The notes under the pieces are model-generated. The model was not told the DNA's origin. It made no database searches and saw only the letters and a list, made by a program, of their open reading frames with translations. Shown here one piece after another: positions 20,465-29,006 of a DNA stretch of 64,000 nt. Where the stretch lies: positions 480,001 to 544,000 of the forward strand of contig JAHPZH010000004.1 of NCBI GenBank assembly GCA_019058315.1, written 5' to 3'. The translations under genes and the position numbers were made by a program. Each line of letters begins with the position of its first letter. Position 1 is the first letter of the stretch. The DNA is from Candidatus Helarchaeota archaeon (GTDB lineage: Archaea; Asgardarchaeota; Lokiarchaeia; Helarchaeales; RDOG01).

Positions 20465-21646
20465 TTATTGTCGAAAAACTGGTCTCTTTCTTCTCTTAAT
20501 TAATTTTTTAAGTTCCTCATTAATAGTCTCTGATAGCGACTTGATATTTTGTGGTGGTATATTAATATCTGTTTTTAACGGACGAATGTTAGCAGCTGGA
20601 ATGGAAGATTTTTTGATATCTTCGATTAATTTTCCATGATATTCGATCATTTTACCGTGATCTTCGACTTTACTTTCAATATTGAACAACATTTCGCCTA
20701 ATTCTGTACGTAACTCTAAAAACATATCCAATATTTTTCCATAAGATTGATTAAAGGATCTCTCTATTGGTTGTTTCGATGAATCTCTGTCCGCAAAATT
20801 CCGAATTTCATTGATTATTGTTTGACTATCTCCCAAGGAATCAAAAATACTATACTCATTTATTTCGTATTTAAAATTTTTTCCATGATCTTTAAATAAT
20901 TTATTAATCCTATGCCTCAATAAATTAATGGAGTCTTTTATTTCCTTTTTATTTTTGATATCGGGGTCAACTTTATTTATAATCACTAATATCTCAGGAT
21001 TTTCTTTTAATAAATCTAAAATTTTTAGAACATCTTTAAAATATTCTATTGCGTCATTAAAATGCTCTGGATCTTGAACATCAATTACAAAAATCAACAA
21101 TGAAATATTAACAAAATATTTTTCTGCGCTTTGGATATATTCTTTTCTAAATTGATTCTGTCCCCCCATATCTACAATAACATAATGTAATCCCATTTTA
21201 TTAAGGGTTTGGTGACGTAACATCTCATATTTTACTCCCATTGTAGGTGTGTCATTTATAAAAACATCTAAATTTAATTTCTGTTTCATAATCTTTGATA
21301 TTGCAGTCTTTCCTGCGTAATTAAGTCCTACTATTGATACTTTTTGAGGTCCTAAGAATTGCTCAATTTTGTTTTCATTTATAACTTTAGAAATAAATAA
21401 CCAGATATTGAGATCATAAAGATCAATACCCAATGAAATGAGCATCTGATAATTATCATCCGTTATTTCTTTTTCCGCAAATTCCCCTATTGTAGAAATT
21501 TTTAGAATATTTTTCAAAATTGATGCTTTTTTTTCGTTAATACCTTTTATGATAATTAAATCTTGATTAATTATTTCTTTTAAGGTCCCTAGATGATCTG
21601 GAATCTCTATTACATTACTAATTTTTTCTAATATTGATTCATTCAA
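20465..21646 (-). CDS. Rag/Arf-like small GTPase with N-terminal helix-hairpin-helix-like domain and C-terminal coiled coil
   Basis: G1 GLNYAGKT, G2 TPTMG, G3 DMGGQ, IFVIDVQD, G4 NKVD, G5 YSIFD (Rag-type SI-x-D). N-terminal LIIIKGINEKKASIL...ISTIGEFA resembles HhH. Confidence 0.78.
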   Translation of the reverse strand: MNESILEKISNVIEIPDHLGTLKEIINQDLIIIKGINEKKASILKNILKISTIGEFAEKEITDDNYQMLISLGIDLYDLNIWLFISKVINENKIEQFLGPQKVSIVGLNYAGKTAISKIMKQKLNLDVFINDTPTMGVKYEMLRHQTLNKMGLHYVIVDMGGQNQFRKEYIQSAEKYFVNISLLIFVIDVQDPEHFNDAIEYFKDVLKILDLLKENPEILVIINKVDPDIKNKKEIKDSINLLRHRINKLFKDHGKNFKYEINEYSIFDSLGDSQTIINEIRNFADRDSSKQPIERSFNQSYGKILDMFLELRTELGEMLFNIESKVEDHGKMIEYHGKLIEDIKKSSIPAANIRPLKTDINIPPQNIKSLSETINEELKKLIKRRKRPVFRQ

Positions 21647-21837
21647 ATTGTTAAATCTCCTTAATTATCAAATCTTCATTATTACAGTATTGGAAACTCT
21701 AAATTGGAATTACATAGATTTATAACAGAATTCCCAAATTTTTCAAAATAGAAGAACTAAGCATTGCATTTAAATAATTTAAGTCAAATGGAAAGAACAT
21801 AAAAACTTAAAAATAAATAAAAATAAAAAAAAAAATT

Positions 21838-24800
21838 TTACTCTTTTACTTCTTCTTCTGGGGACTTAAAAAATTCATATAATCCAAATGCTACTATTGC
21901 ACCTACTGCTGCGATTCCTATGAATATAAAAGTCATATTAAATTGTTCTCTTGGCATTAAAGCTAATAATTGTGAAAGATTATCATTATCAGCTTTTTTT
22001 GTAACCGTATAATGTTCATAATTCCAAACTACACAGTTATTGCTAGTATCATTCACCCAAATTGTATAATTAACAGTTATTCCTAGAAATTTTTGAGGAA
22101 TTGTAAAATTCCAATAGCCATCTTGATAATTACCTGAAAGTAAGGTCATTGTATAATTTAAGAAAACCCCTGAATGATTAGAAATTAAAAGAACTGTATC
22201 TACTCCAATATTATCAGTTACATGGACAGTTATGTTAACTGAATCTAGACTTGTAGGCCAATTTGGATCTCTAGATACCGAAGTTATATTTGGTAGATCA
22301 GAATCAGGTACTTTGTACTGAAATGAACCATTAATGGCAAAGTTATTTTCAGTATCATTTGCTATAATTGTATAATTAACGATTGTTGATTGAGGATATG
22401 CAGAGATCGTATAATTCCAATAACCATCTAGAGCAGTTCCTGAAAGTAGATCCATCGTATAATTTGTCGGAGAACCAGTATGATTTGAATTGATTAAAAC
22501 AACATCTACTCCCGTGTTGTCTGTAATGTGCACAGTGATATTCACTTCATCCAAATCACTTGGAGTTACAGGATCTCTTAAGACCAAAATGATTTTAGGA
22601 TCCTCATTATCGTTGATAGTATATTGATATGATCCATCTGTATCAGTATTGCCATTCGTATCATTGACCCAGATTGAGTAATCTATTGTTGTTCCAGCGG
22701 GATATGCGGGGATACTATAGTTCCAATAACCATCTTGAGCTGTTCCCGAAAGGAATTCCATTGTATAATTAGTCGAAGACCCAGTATGGTTTGAGTTGAT
22801 TAAAACGACATCCGCTCCCGTGTTATCTGTAATATGAACTGTTATATTAACCGAATCTAAATTACCAGGGGCAAGAGGATCTCTTGAAACTAAAACAATA
22901 ACTGGATTTTCATTATCACTAATTGTATATTGGTATGGGCCATCAATTTCAGAATTTTTAAATGTGTCATTAGCCAAGATCGAGTAAGTTATTGTTGTCC
23001 CAGCGGGATATGCGGGGATAGTGTAGTTCCAATAACCATTTTGAGTTGTCCCCGAAAGGAAATCCATTGTATGATTAGTCGAAGACCCAGTATGGTTTGA
23101 GTTGATTAAAACAATATCTACTCCCGTGTTATCTGTAATATGAACAGTGATATTTACCGTATTTAAATTACCAGGGGCAATAGGATCTCTCGAAACCAAA
23201 ATAATATTTGGATTCTCATTATCACTAATTTTATATTGATACGGTCCATCAGTATCGGTATTGAAATATGTATCATTAACCCAAAATGAGTATATAATTG
23301 TTGTCCCAGTGGGATATGCGGGGATGGTAAAGTTCCAATAACCATCTTTAACAGTCCCTGAAAGTAGGTCCATTGTATAATTGGCTTGAGAACCTGTATG
23401 ATTTGAATTGATTAAAACAGTATCTACTCCACCGTTATCTGTAATATGCACAGTAATATTCACCGAATCTAAATTACCAGGAGCTGCAGGGTCTCTTGAA
23501 ACTGAAGTGATATTTGGGTCCTCAAGATCTCCTAATAAAGAATACATTACTTCTCTATCATTTCCCCATTCTCCATTGGTATCATCAGACCAAACCACAT
23601 ATATATTTCCATATATATCTGTGTCAATACTAGGAAATAAACTGTTATCAACATTCCACCTTGTAAGGTCATCTGATATAACAGTCGCATTAGACCAACC
23701 CGAAATTGTGTAATTTGCATAAAATATTTCACCATCTGTTCCCCATTCACCATTTGTAATATCAACCCAAGCTACGTGAATGTTTCCATTTATATCCGAG
23801 ACTATCCGAGGACTTTGGCTTATTCCATCATTCCAACCGTAAATGTCAGAAATTATTGTTGCATTAGACCATCCTGTAGTTGTGAAATTTACATAAAATA
23901 TTTCTACATCCGTTCCCCATTCACCATCTGTTTCATCATACCATACTATGTGTAAGTTGCCGTTTTTATCAATATCTATATCAGGAGAATAACTGCTATC
24001 ATCATTCCATCCATATAGATCGGAAATTACAGAAGCATTGGACCAACCCGAGGTTGTATAATTTGCATACATTATTTCAGCATCTGTTCCCCACTCACCA
24101 TCCGTTGCATCCTGCCAAACGATATGGAGATTTCCGCTGTTATCTACAGCAATTCTAGGGATTTCACTAATGTCATCATTCCATCCATATATATCAGAAA
24201 TCGCAGTCGCATTTGACCATCCTGCAGCTGTATAGTTCATATAAAATATCTCTGCATCAGTTCCCCACTCACCAATGGTGAAATCTTGCCAAACCACATG
24301 TAAATTTCCACTATCATCTACAGCAATACTAGGATAATGACTTGCTCCATCATTCCACCCATAAATATCTGAAATTACAGTTGTGTTAGACCATCCTGCA
24401 GCGGTATAATTAGCATACATTATTTCAATATCTGAACCCCATTCACCATCTGTCCAATCTTCCCAAACTACATGTAAATCACCATTTTTGTCTGTGGCTA
24501 TATCGGGATAAAAACTACTGTCATCGTTCCAACCGTAAATATCTGAAATTGCAGTTACATTAGACCAACCTGTGATAGTATAATTGACATATAGTATTTC
24601 ATAATCTGTACCCCATACTCCGTTTGTGTCATCAGACCAGACAACATGTACATTTCCATCATTATCTGTGGCAATACTTGGCGAATTACTAAGATCTACA
24701 TTCCATCCAGTAATATCATCCGAAATCACGGTAGCATTAGACCAACTCACTCTAGAAGAAATGAATTGGCTTTTTTTATTGAAAAAATTTATAGTATTTA

Positions 24801-24891
24801 TCGGAGTAATTGAATAGCAAAGGCTTAAAATTGAAAATAGTGTCAATTGAGATATTAGAATGTAAAATATATGTTTCTTTTTAATTGTCAA
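21838..24891 (-). CDS. Cell-surface (glyco)protein: N-terminal signal/anchor, 7 x ~58-aa beta-propeller-like repeats, 5 x ~102-aa Ig-like repeats, C-terminal TM anchor
   Basis: Seven WSNATVISD..WND..S..P.IA.D..GN.HVVW.D.T.GEWG.D.EI.Y repeats and five DxxxP.I..VSRDP..P...DSVNITVHITDN repeats. Many N-x-S/T sequons. TM FIFIGIAAVGAIVAFGLY. Confidence 0.85.
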   Translation of the reverse strand: MTIKKKHIFYILISQLTLFSILSLCYSITPINTINFFNKKSQFISSRVSWSNATVISDDITGWNVDLSNSPSIATDNDGNVHVVWSDDTNGVWGTDYEILYVNYTITGWSNVTAISDIYGWNDDSSFYPDIATDKNGDLHVVWEDWTDGEWGSDIEIMYANYTAAGWSNTTVISDIYGWNDGASHYPSIAVDDSGNLHVVWQDFTIGEWGTDAEIFYMNYTAAGWSNATAISDIYGWNDDISEIPRIAVDNSGNLHIVWQDATDGEWGTDAEIMYANYTTSGWSNASVISDLYGWNDDSSYSPDIDIDKNGNLHIVWYDETDGEWGTDVEIFYVNFTTTGWSNATIISDIYGWNDGISQSPRIVSDINGNIHVAWVDITNGEWGTDGEIFYANYTISGWSNATVISDDLTRWNVDNSLFPSIDTDIYGNIYVVWSDDTNGEWGNDREVMYSLLGDLEDPNITSVSRDPAAPGNLDSVNITVHITDNGGVDTVLINSNHTGSQANYTMDLLSGTVKDGYWNFTIPAYPTGTTIIYSFWVNDTYFNTDTDGPYQYKISDNENPNIILVSRDPIAPGNLNTVNITVHITDNTGVDIVLINSNHTGSSTNHTMDFLSGTTQNGYWNYTIPAYPAGTTITYSILANDTFKNSEIDGPYQYTISDNENPVIVLVSRDPLAPGNLDSVNITVHITDNTGADVVLINSNHTGSSTNYTMEFLSGTAQDGYWNYSIPAYPAGTTIDYSIWVNDTNGNTDTDGSYQYTINDNEDPKIILVLRDPVTPSDLDEVNITVHITDNTGVDVVLINSNHTGSPTNYTMDLLSGTALDGYWNYTISAYPQSTIVNYTIIANDTENNFAINGSFQYKVPDSDLPNITSVSRDPNWPTSLDSVNITVHVTDNIGVDTVLLISNHSGVFLNYTMTLLSGNYQDGYWNFTIPQKFLGITVNYTIWVNDTSNNCVVWNYEHYTVTKKADNDNLSQLLALMPREQFNMTFIFIGIAAVGAIVAFGLYEFFKSPEEEVKE
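22000..23530 (-). repeat. Intragenic tandem repeats, ~306-bp unit x5 (Ig-like)
   Basis: For example cattatcactaatt at 22911 and 23217 (306 bp apart), and gtcgaagacccagtatggtttgagttgattaaaac repeated. Boundaries are approximate. Confidence 0.8.
23530..24745 (-). repeat. Intragenic tandem repeats, ~174-bp unit x7 (propeller blades)
   Basis: Protein-level ~58-aa repeat is clear. Boundaries are approximate. Confidence 0.8.
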
Positions 24892-25006
24892 AAGCCTCCT
24901 TTTTTTTTATTAAGGAATATTAGGCGGGGTTTTAAAAAGCAGCATTGAATTTAATATATTAAGTCTAATCAAATGAATATAAATTTCTCTTATTTTACAT
25001 AAAGAT

Positions 25007-25186
25007 CTAATCAAAAATTACTATGCCAATCCTTCTAAGCTCTGATTTAGCCATTCTGAAAAATCTATTTGTTTCTAATAAGCTTTTTCTTACAATATAG
25101 TATTCATTGCCATTGTTTTTGAAATGTGGAGTTTCATATACAAGAGTTCCTGATTTAGTTTTGTAAATTTCATATTTGTTTCCCAT
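25007..25186 (-). CDS. Possible 59-aa small protein, absent from the ORF track
   Basis: Read by hand from ATG to TAG: MGNKYEIYKTKSGTLVYETPHFKNNGNEYYIVRKSLLETNRFFRMAKSELRRIGIVIFD. Fills an otherwise 465-bp intergenic gap. Confidence 0.45.
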   Translation of the reverse strand: MGNKYEIYKTKSGTLVYETPHFKNNGNEYYIVRKSLLETNRFFRMAKSELRRIGIVIFD

Positions 25187-25356
25187 TTTTTTTCAAATTT
25201 AAAAATACATCATTAAATTTAAATAACAAAAGTCAAATCTAAAGGACAAAAAACTTAAAAAATCTTCCAAAAATTCCCATTTTTCAAAAATTTTTTATCC
25301 TACCCTAATTTTTAATTTATTACTATGAATTTTTAGGAAATCTGAGGTTTTTTTTC

Positions 25357-25872
25357 ATGCCGAAAGGAGTTCTTTGGCTTAAGTGGAATTTTAAAGATGG
25401 AGTTGTAATTGATTGGAAATTTCCAGAAAATTTGAATTTCGATCAAAAAATTATTTCTAAAATTTATTCTAACTTAACATTTGGCAATATAAACATTCCA
25501 AGATTTGCCACTTTTTCAACTGAGGATATAAATATTGCATCCTTTTTTGGTGGAAGAAGTAATACAGACATGGTTTTATTACTTTTAGAAAATTATGAAG
25601 ATATTAAAGATTTTGAGGAGGCACTTGTCACTTTTTATTTTAATATTCTTCAAGGTAGAATTAATAAAGTAACTTCAATGATGCAATTAATTAAACATTT
25701 TGGTGTTAAAAAGAAAGAAAATGAGATATTGGGTATTTCTGATGATAAATTTAATATTTTTATTAATCTGTTTCAGAATTTTATAGATACTATCGATAAA
25801 CGTTTAATACAGATAGAAGATTTTATTATAAAAATTAACCAATTCCTCCAGAAATTAGGGGAAGGATTATGA
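25357..25872 (+). CDS. uDENN/longin-like protein with C-terminal coiled coil
   Basis: MPxG hydrophobic strand, then W-x-x-x-x-G...KFPE start resembling uDENN-type longins. Its stop overlaps the GTPase start (ATGA). Confidence 0.6.
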   Translation: MPKGVLWLKWNFKDGVVIDWKFPENLNFDQKIISKIYSNLTFGNINIPRFATFSTEDINIASFFGGRSNTDMVLLLLENYEDIKDFEEALVTFYFNILQGRINKVTSMMQLIKHFGVKKKENEILGISDDKFNIFINLFQNFIDTIDKRLIQIEDFIIKINQFLQKLGEGL

Positions 25873-26375
25873 AGGAATTTAAAATTCTTTTATTAGGTGC
25901 GGGAGCAGTTGGAAAAACAACTTTTTTCCATAATATAACGGGAGAATTATTAGAACTCTCATATAATCCTACTTTTGGTGTAAATATCGGGTCAAAAATT
26001 ATTGAATTAAAGGATAATAAGATAAAAATAAATTTTTGGGATCTTGGAGGTCAAACATTTCTTCGTGATTCTTGGAGCAATTATTACTCGGAAACTGATT
26101 GTGCTATTTTCTTTTATGATATAACGAGAAAAGAAACATTTATAGAAATTTTAAATTGGAAAGAAGAATTAAATGAAATAATAAGTAAACCAATTTCTCT
26201 AATACTTATCGGTAACAAGTCTGATTTAGAATCTGAGAGGCAAGTAACTCAAGAAGAAGGAGAAAAAATACAGAATGAATTAGATGCAATTGCATTTTAT
26301 GAAATATCTGCTTTACATGATATAAACATGAAAATAGTCCTAGAAAAAATTATTTTTACTTTACTTTATACTTAA
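25869..26375 (+). CDS. Rab-like small GTPase
   Basis: GAGAVGKT, PTFG, WDLGGQ, NKSD, EISAL. Confidence 0.92.
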   Translation: MKEFKILLLGAGAVGKTTFFHNITGELLELSYNPTFGVNIGSKIIELKDNKIKINFWDLGGQTFLRDSWSNYYSETDCAIFFYDITRKETFIEILNWKEELNEIISKPISLILIGNKSDLESERQVTQEEGEKIQNELDAIAFYEISALHDINMKIVLEKIIFTLLYT

Positions 26376-26736
26376 ATTGAAAGGTAATTAAGAATTATTT
26401 TAAAAAATCTTGTACTCTATTTTCATTTTTAAGTTATATAATAAATTAATTTTTTATTAATTTTATTTATGAAATAGATCAAATAGGGCTTTAAGTGTGA
26501 TTTATTGTTGCTAATAAAATAAAAACTTTTTAAATATTCCAAAAATATCATAAGTCTTAAAAATCACCCAATTACCAGACTATGCTTCGAATAACCAATA
26601 AAAAAAGCTTTTTTTACTTTAAATTTTGTAAAATTTTAAAAGACCAGGAAAAGAAATTTTAAATTTTTCTAATTTTACCCATTATTTTTCCCTAGTTTAA
26701 TCTAAAGGGGAGGTATATGTTATAAATAGATGGTGT

Positions 26737-27084
26737 ATGAACATGAATGATGAAATTCAAGGAAAAATGGTTAAAGTTTTATCAAATGAAGGAATATTAT
26801 ACAAAGTACATTTTTATGAAGACTTTTGGGAAGAAGATGACATGGAAACTAAATCTAAATTTAAAGTTTGGGAATCAACTTTAGTATTTCTAGGTTTCCT
26901 TATGGCACTAGCACTAGCAACATACATGGCAAAGATATTTTTTATGGCTTATTTCAATGGAGGGTCTATTCTAGTCGATATAAATAGATTAGGTGAAGCG
27001 ACTCTGGAATTTTATCTAGTAATTGTCTCATTAGCGATAATATTTCCTGGATTTATTTGTTATTTTAAAAAGTTTGTAGAATAA
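26737..27084 (+). CDS. Small 2-TM membrane protein, unknown function
   Basis: Two hydrophobic helices flanking AYFNGG...INRLGEA. Start uncertain. Confidence 0.6.
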   Translation: MNMNDEIQGKMVKVLSNEGILYKVHFYEDFWEEDDMETKSKFKVWESTLVFLGFLMALALATYMAKIFFMAYFNGGSILVDINRLGEATLEFYLVIVSLAIIFPGFICYFKKFVE

Positions 27085-27144
27085 CTTAATATTTTTATCC
27101 TTTTTTTCTGTTTAATCTCCGTAAAATTTATGAAATCCATTCAA

Positions 27145-28881
27145 TTAGTTATCTAAATAATCTTTAATTATTTGAGGTTCAATATTTATTGGTAATTCAA
27201 TGATCACCTCTGTTCCTTTTCCAAATATACTATTAACTTTCATTTTTCCCCCATGTTTCTCAATTATACCACGACAAATTGAAAGTCCAAGCCCTGTCCC
27301 TTTCCCAACTTATTTGGTAGAAAAGAATGGTTCGAAAATCCTCGGTAAATCGGATTCTTTAATTCCTTTTCCATTATCAATAACTCTAATTTCTATTTTA
27401 CTATTTATCTTTAAGAGAGTAATATTAAGCTCTGGTCTATCTTTTTTCCCTTCTAAAACATCTAGGGAATTATTCACGAGGTTTTGAAATACTTGAGAAA
27501 GTAGTATTCTATCCGCGATTAATTCAACTTCTTCTCCCTTTTTAATTTTGACTTTGACACCATTTTTATTAATTCTTGACGCTATTGCTGGAGCTTCTAC
27601 AAGCTCATTTAAAAGAGGTCCAAGCTCAATTGGTTTTAAATCTAAGTCCATTTTTCTTGAGAATTGAAGTAATTCTTTCACAACTTGTGCACAAAATTTT
27701 GCTTGATTCTTTATACTAATAATCTCCTTTAATAACATTTTAGTCTTATTAGAAGATTTATCATCACCAATTATTTCAGAAATATAATCAGTTTTGAGAG
27801 TAATATTTGCAAGGGGTGTATTGAGTTGATGTGCTACACCAGCCGCAAGCCTGCCTATGGCAGCTAATTTATTCTTTTCTATGAGCTCTTCTTGAAGCTT
27901 TAATTGTCTAGTTATATCTCTTCCGATGGCTTGAAGTTCGATAATTTTACCATTTTCATCTCTAACTGCTGAGCAATTCCAACTTATGGTTCGGAGCCCT
28001 TTGGGTACGTTCATCCGTGTTAAAAAACCAGGTATTGGTTCACCAGTTTCTAATAGTTTCTGGATAACTTCTTCTACTATTATTTGATCATCTGGATATA
28101 TTGATTTAAAGAATTTTTTTCCAATTAGTTCTTCTTTTGGTACTCCAAAGAATTCTGATGCTGCATGGTTAACTAAAATATAAGTTCCATCAAAAGATAA
28201 TCTTAAGATTAATTCATGAGAAAATTCAGCGATATTCCTAATTTTTTCTTCAGACTCACGATATTTTTTTTCTGATATTATTAATCTGTTTTCGAGATAA
28301 ACAACAATTACGGTTCCGAGTAGAAATGAAATAAAGATTATATTACATACATAACTTAATTCCCAGGTTCCTTCAATATTAAAATTATATAAAATAGTAG
28401 AAACTAATGAAAAAAAGCCTCCAAAAATAGTTAAGAACATAAATCCATATGTAGGAGATTTTATCTTTAAGCAGATACGTATAAGCATAGCCATAGCGAT
28501 AAAAAGAAATATACCCATTAATAATTCAATCAAAAGGAGAGGTATTGAAATAGAAGTAACGAAAAAGCTTATTTCTCTCATTATATGGTTATTAGGTGTT
28601 TGAGAAGTGTCTTTAAATATCTGATAATAATCGCGAAATACCGCAGCTATAAATGAAATGACTGCAATTAAATAAAGTATATTACCAATAAGTCGAAATG
28701 ACTTAATAAAAACTTGTAGAAAAATAAAAAATGACCCAATTGAGTAGATTATACACGCCAATAACCATCCGATTAACCAATGCAGTAATCTTCTTTGCTT
28801 TATGGATACCAAACCAAATATGATTGAAGTAAATATCGAATATATAGCAATAATTAAATCAAGTGCAGCTTCGTAAAGCAA
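27145..28881 (-). pseudogene. Membrane-bound (6-7 TM) PAS histidine kinase interrupted by an in-frame TAA at 27310-27312
   Basis: After FEPFFSTK-TAA the same frame continues VGKGTGLGLSICRGIIEKHGG...GKGTEVIIELP to a TAA at 27145-27147. Paralogs read STKQVG, consistent with CAA>TAA. H-box AHQLNTPL. Confidence 0.85.
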
Positions 28882-29006
28882 GGTTTTTCCCCCTATTTAT
28901 ATTTAATTTTATTATTCTACAATATATTATAAGAAAATTTCATTTATTAATGTAATTTTAATTAATAATAATCAATTTTAAATCTGAAATTTTCTCACTT
29001 TTCTTT

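Noticed and set aside
22000-24745. CRISPR array or non-coding repeat
   Set aside because: The repeats are in-frame, degenerate and protein-coding, with no repeat-spacer structure or cas genes.
21838-24891. True integrin-alpha homolog (propeller + Ig + TM + FFK)
   Set aside because: The blades lack FG-GAP motifs, and YEFFKS is only a chance-level match to GFFKR.
27310-27312. Stop-codon recoding (Sec/Pyl or an alternative code)
   Set aside because: The codon is TAA, which terminates many other genes here. A single C>T change or a sequencing error is simpler.
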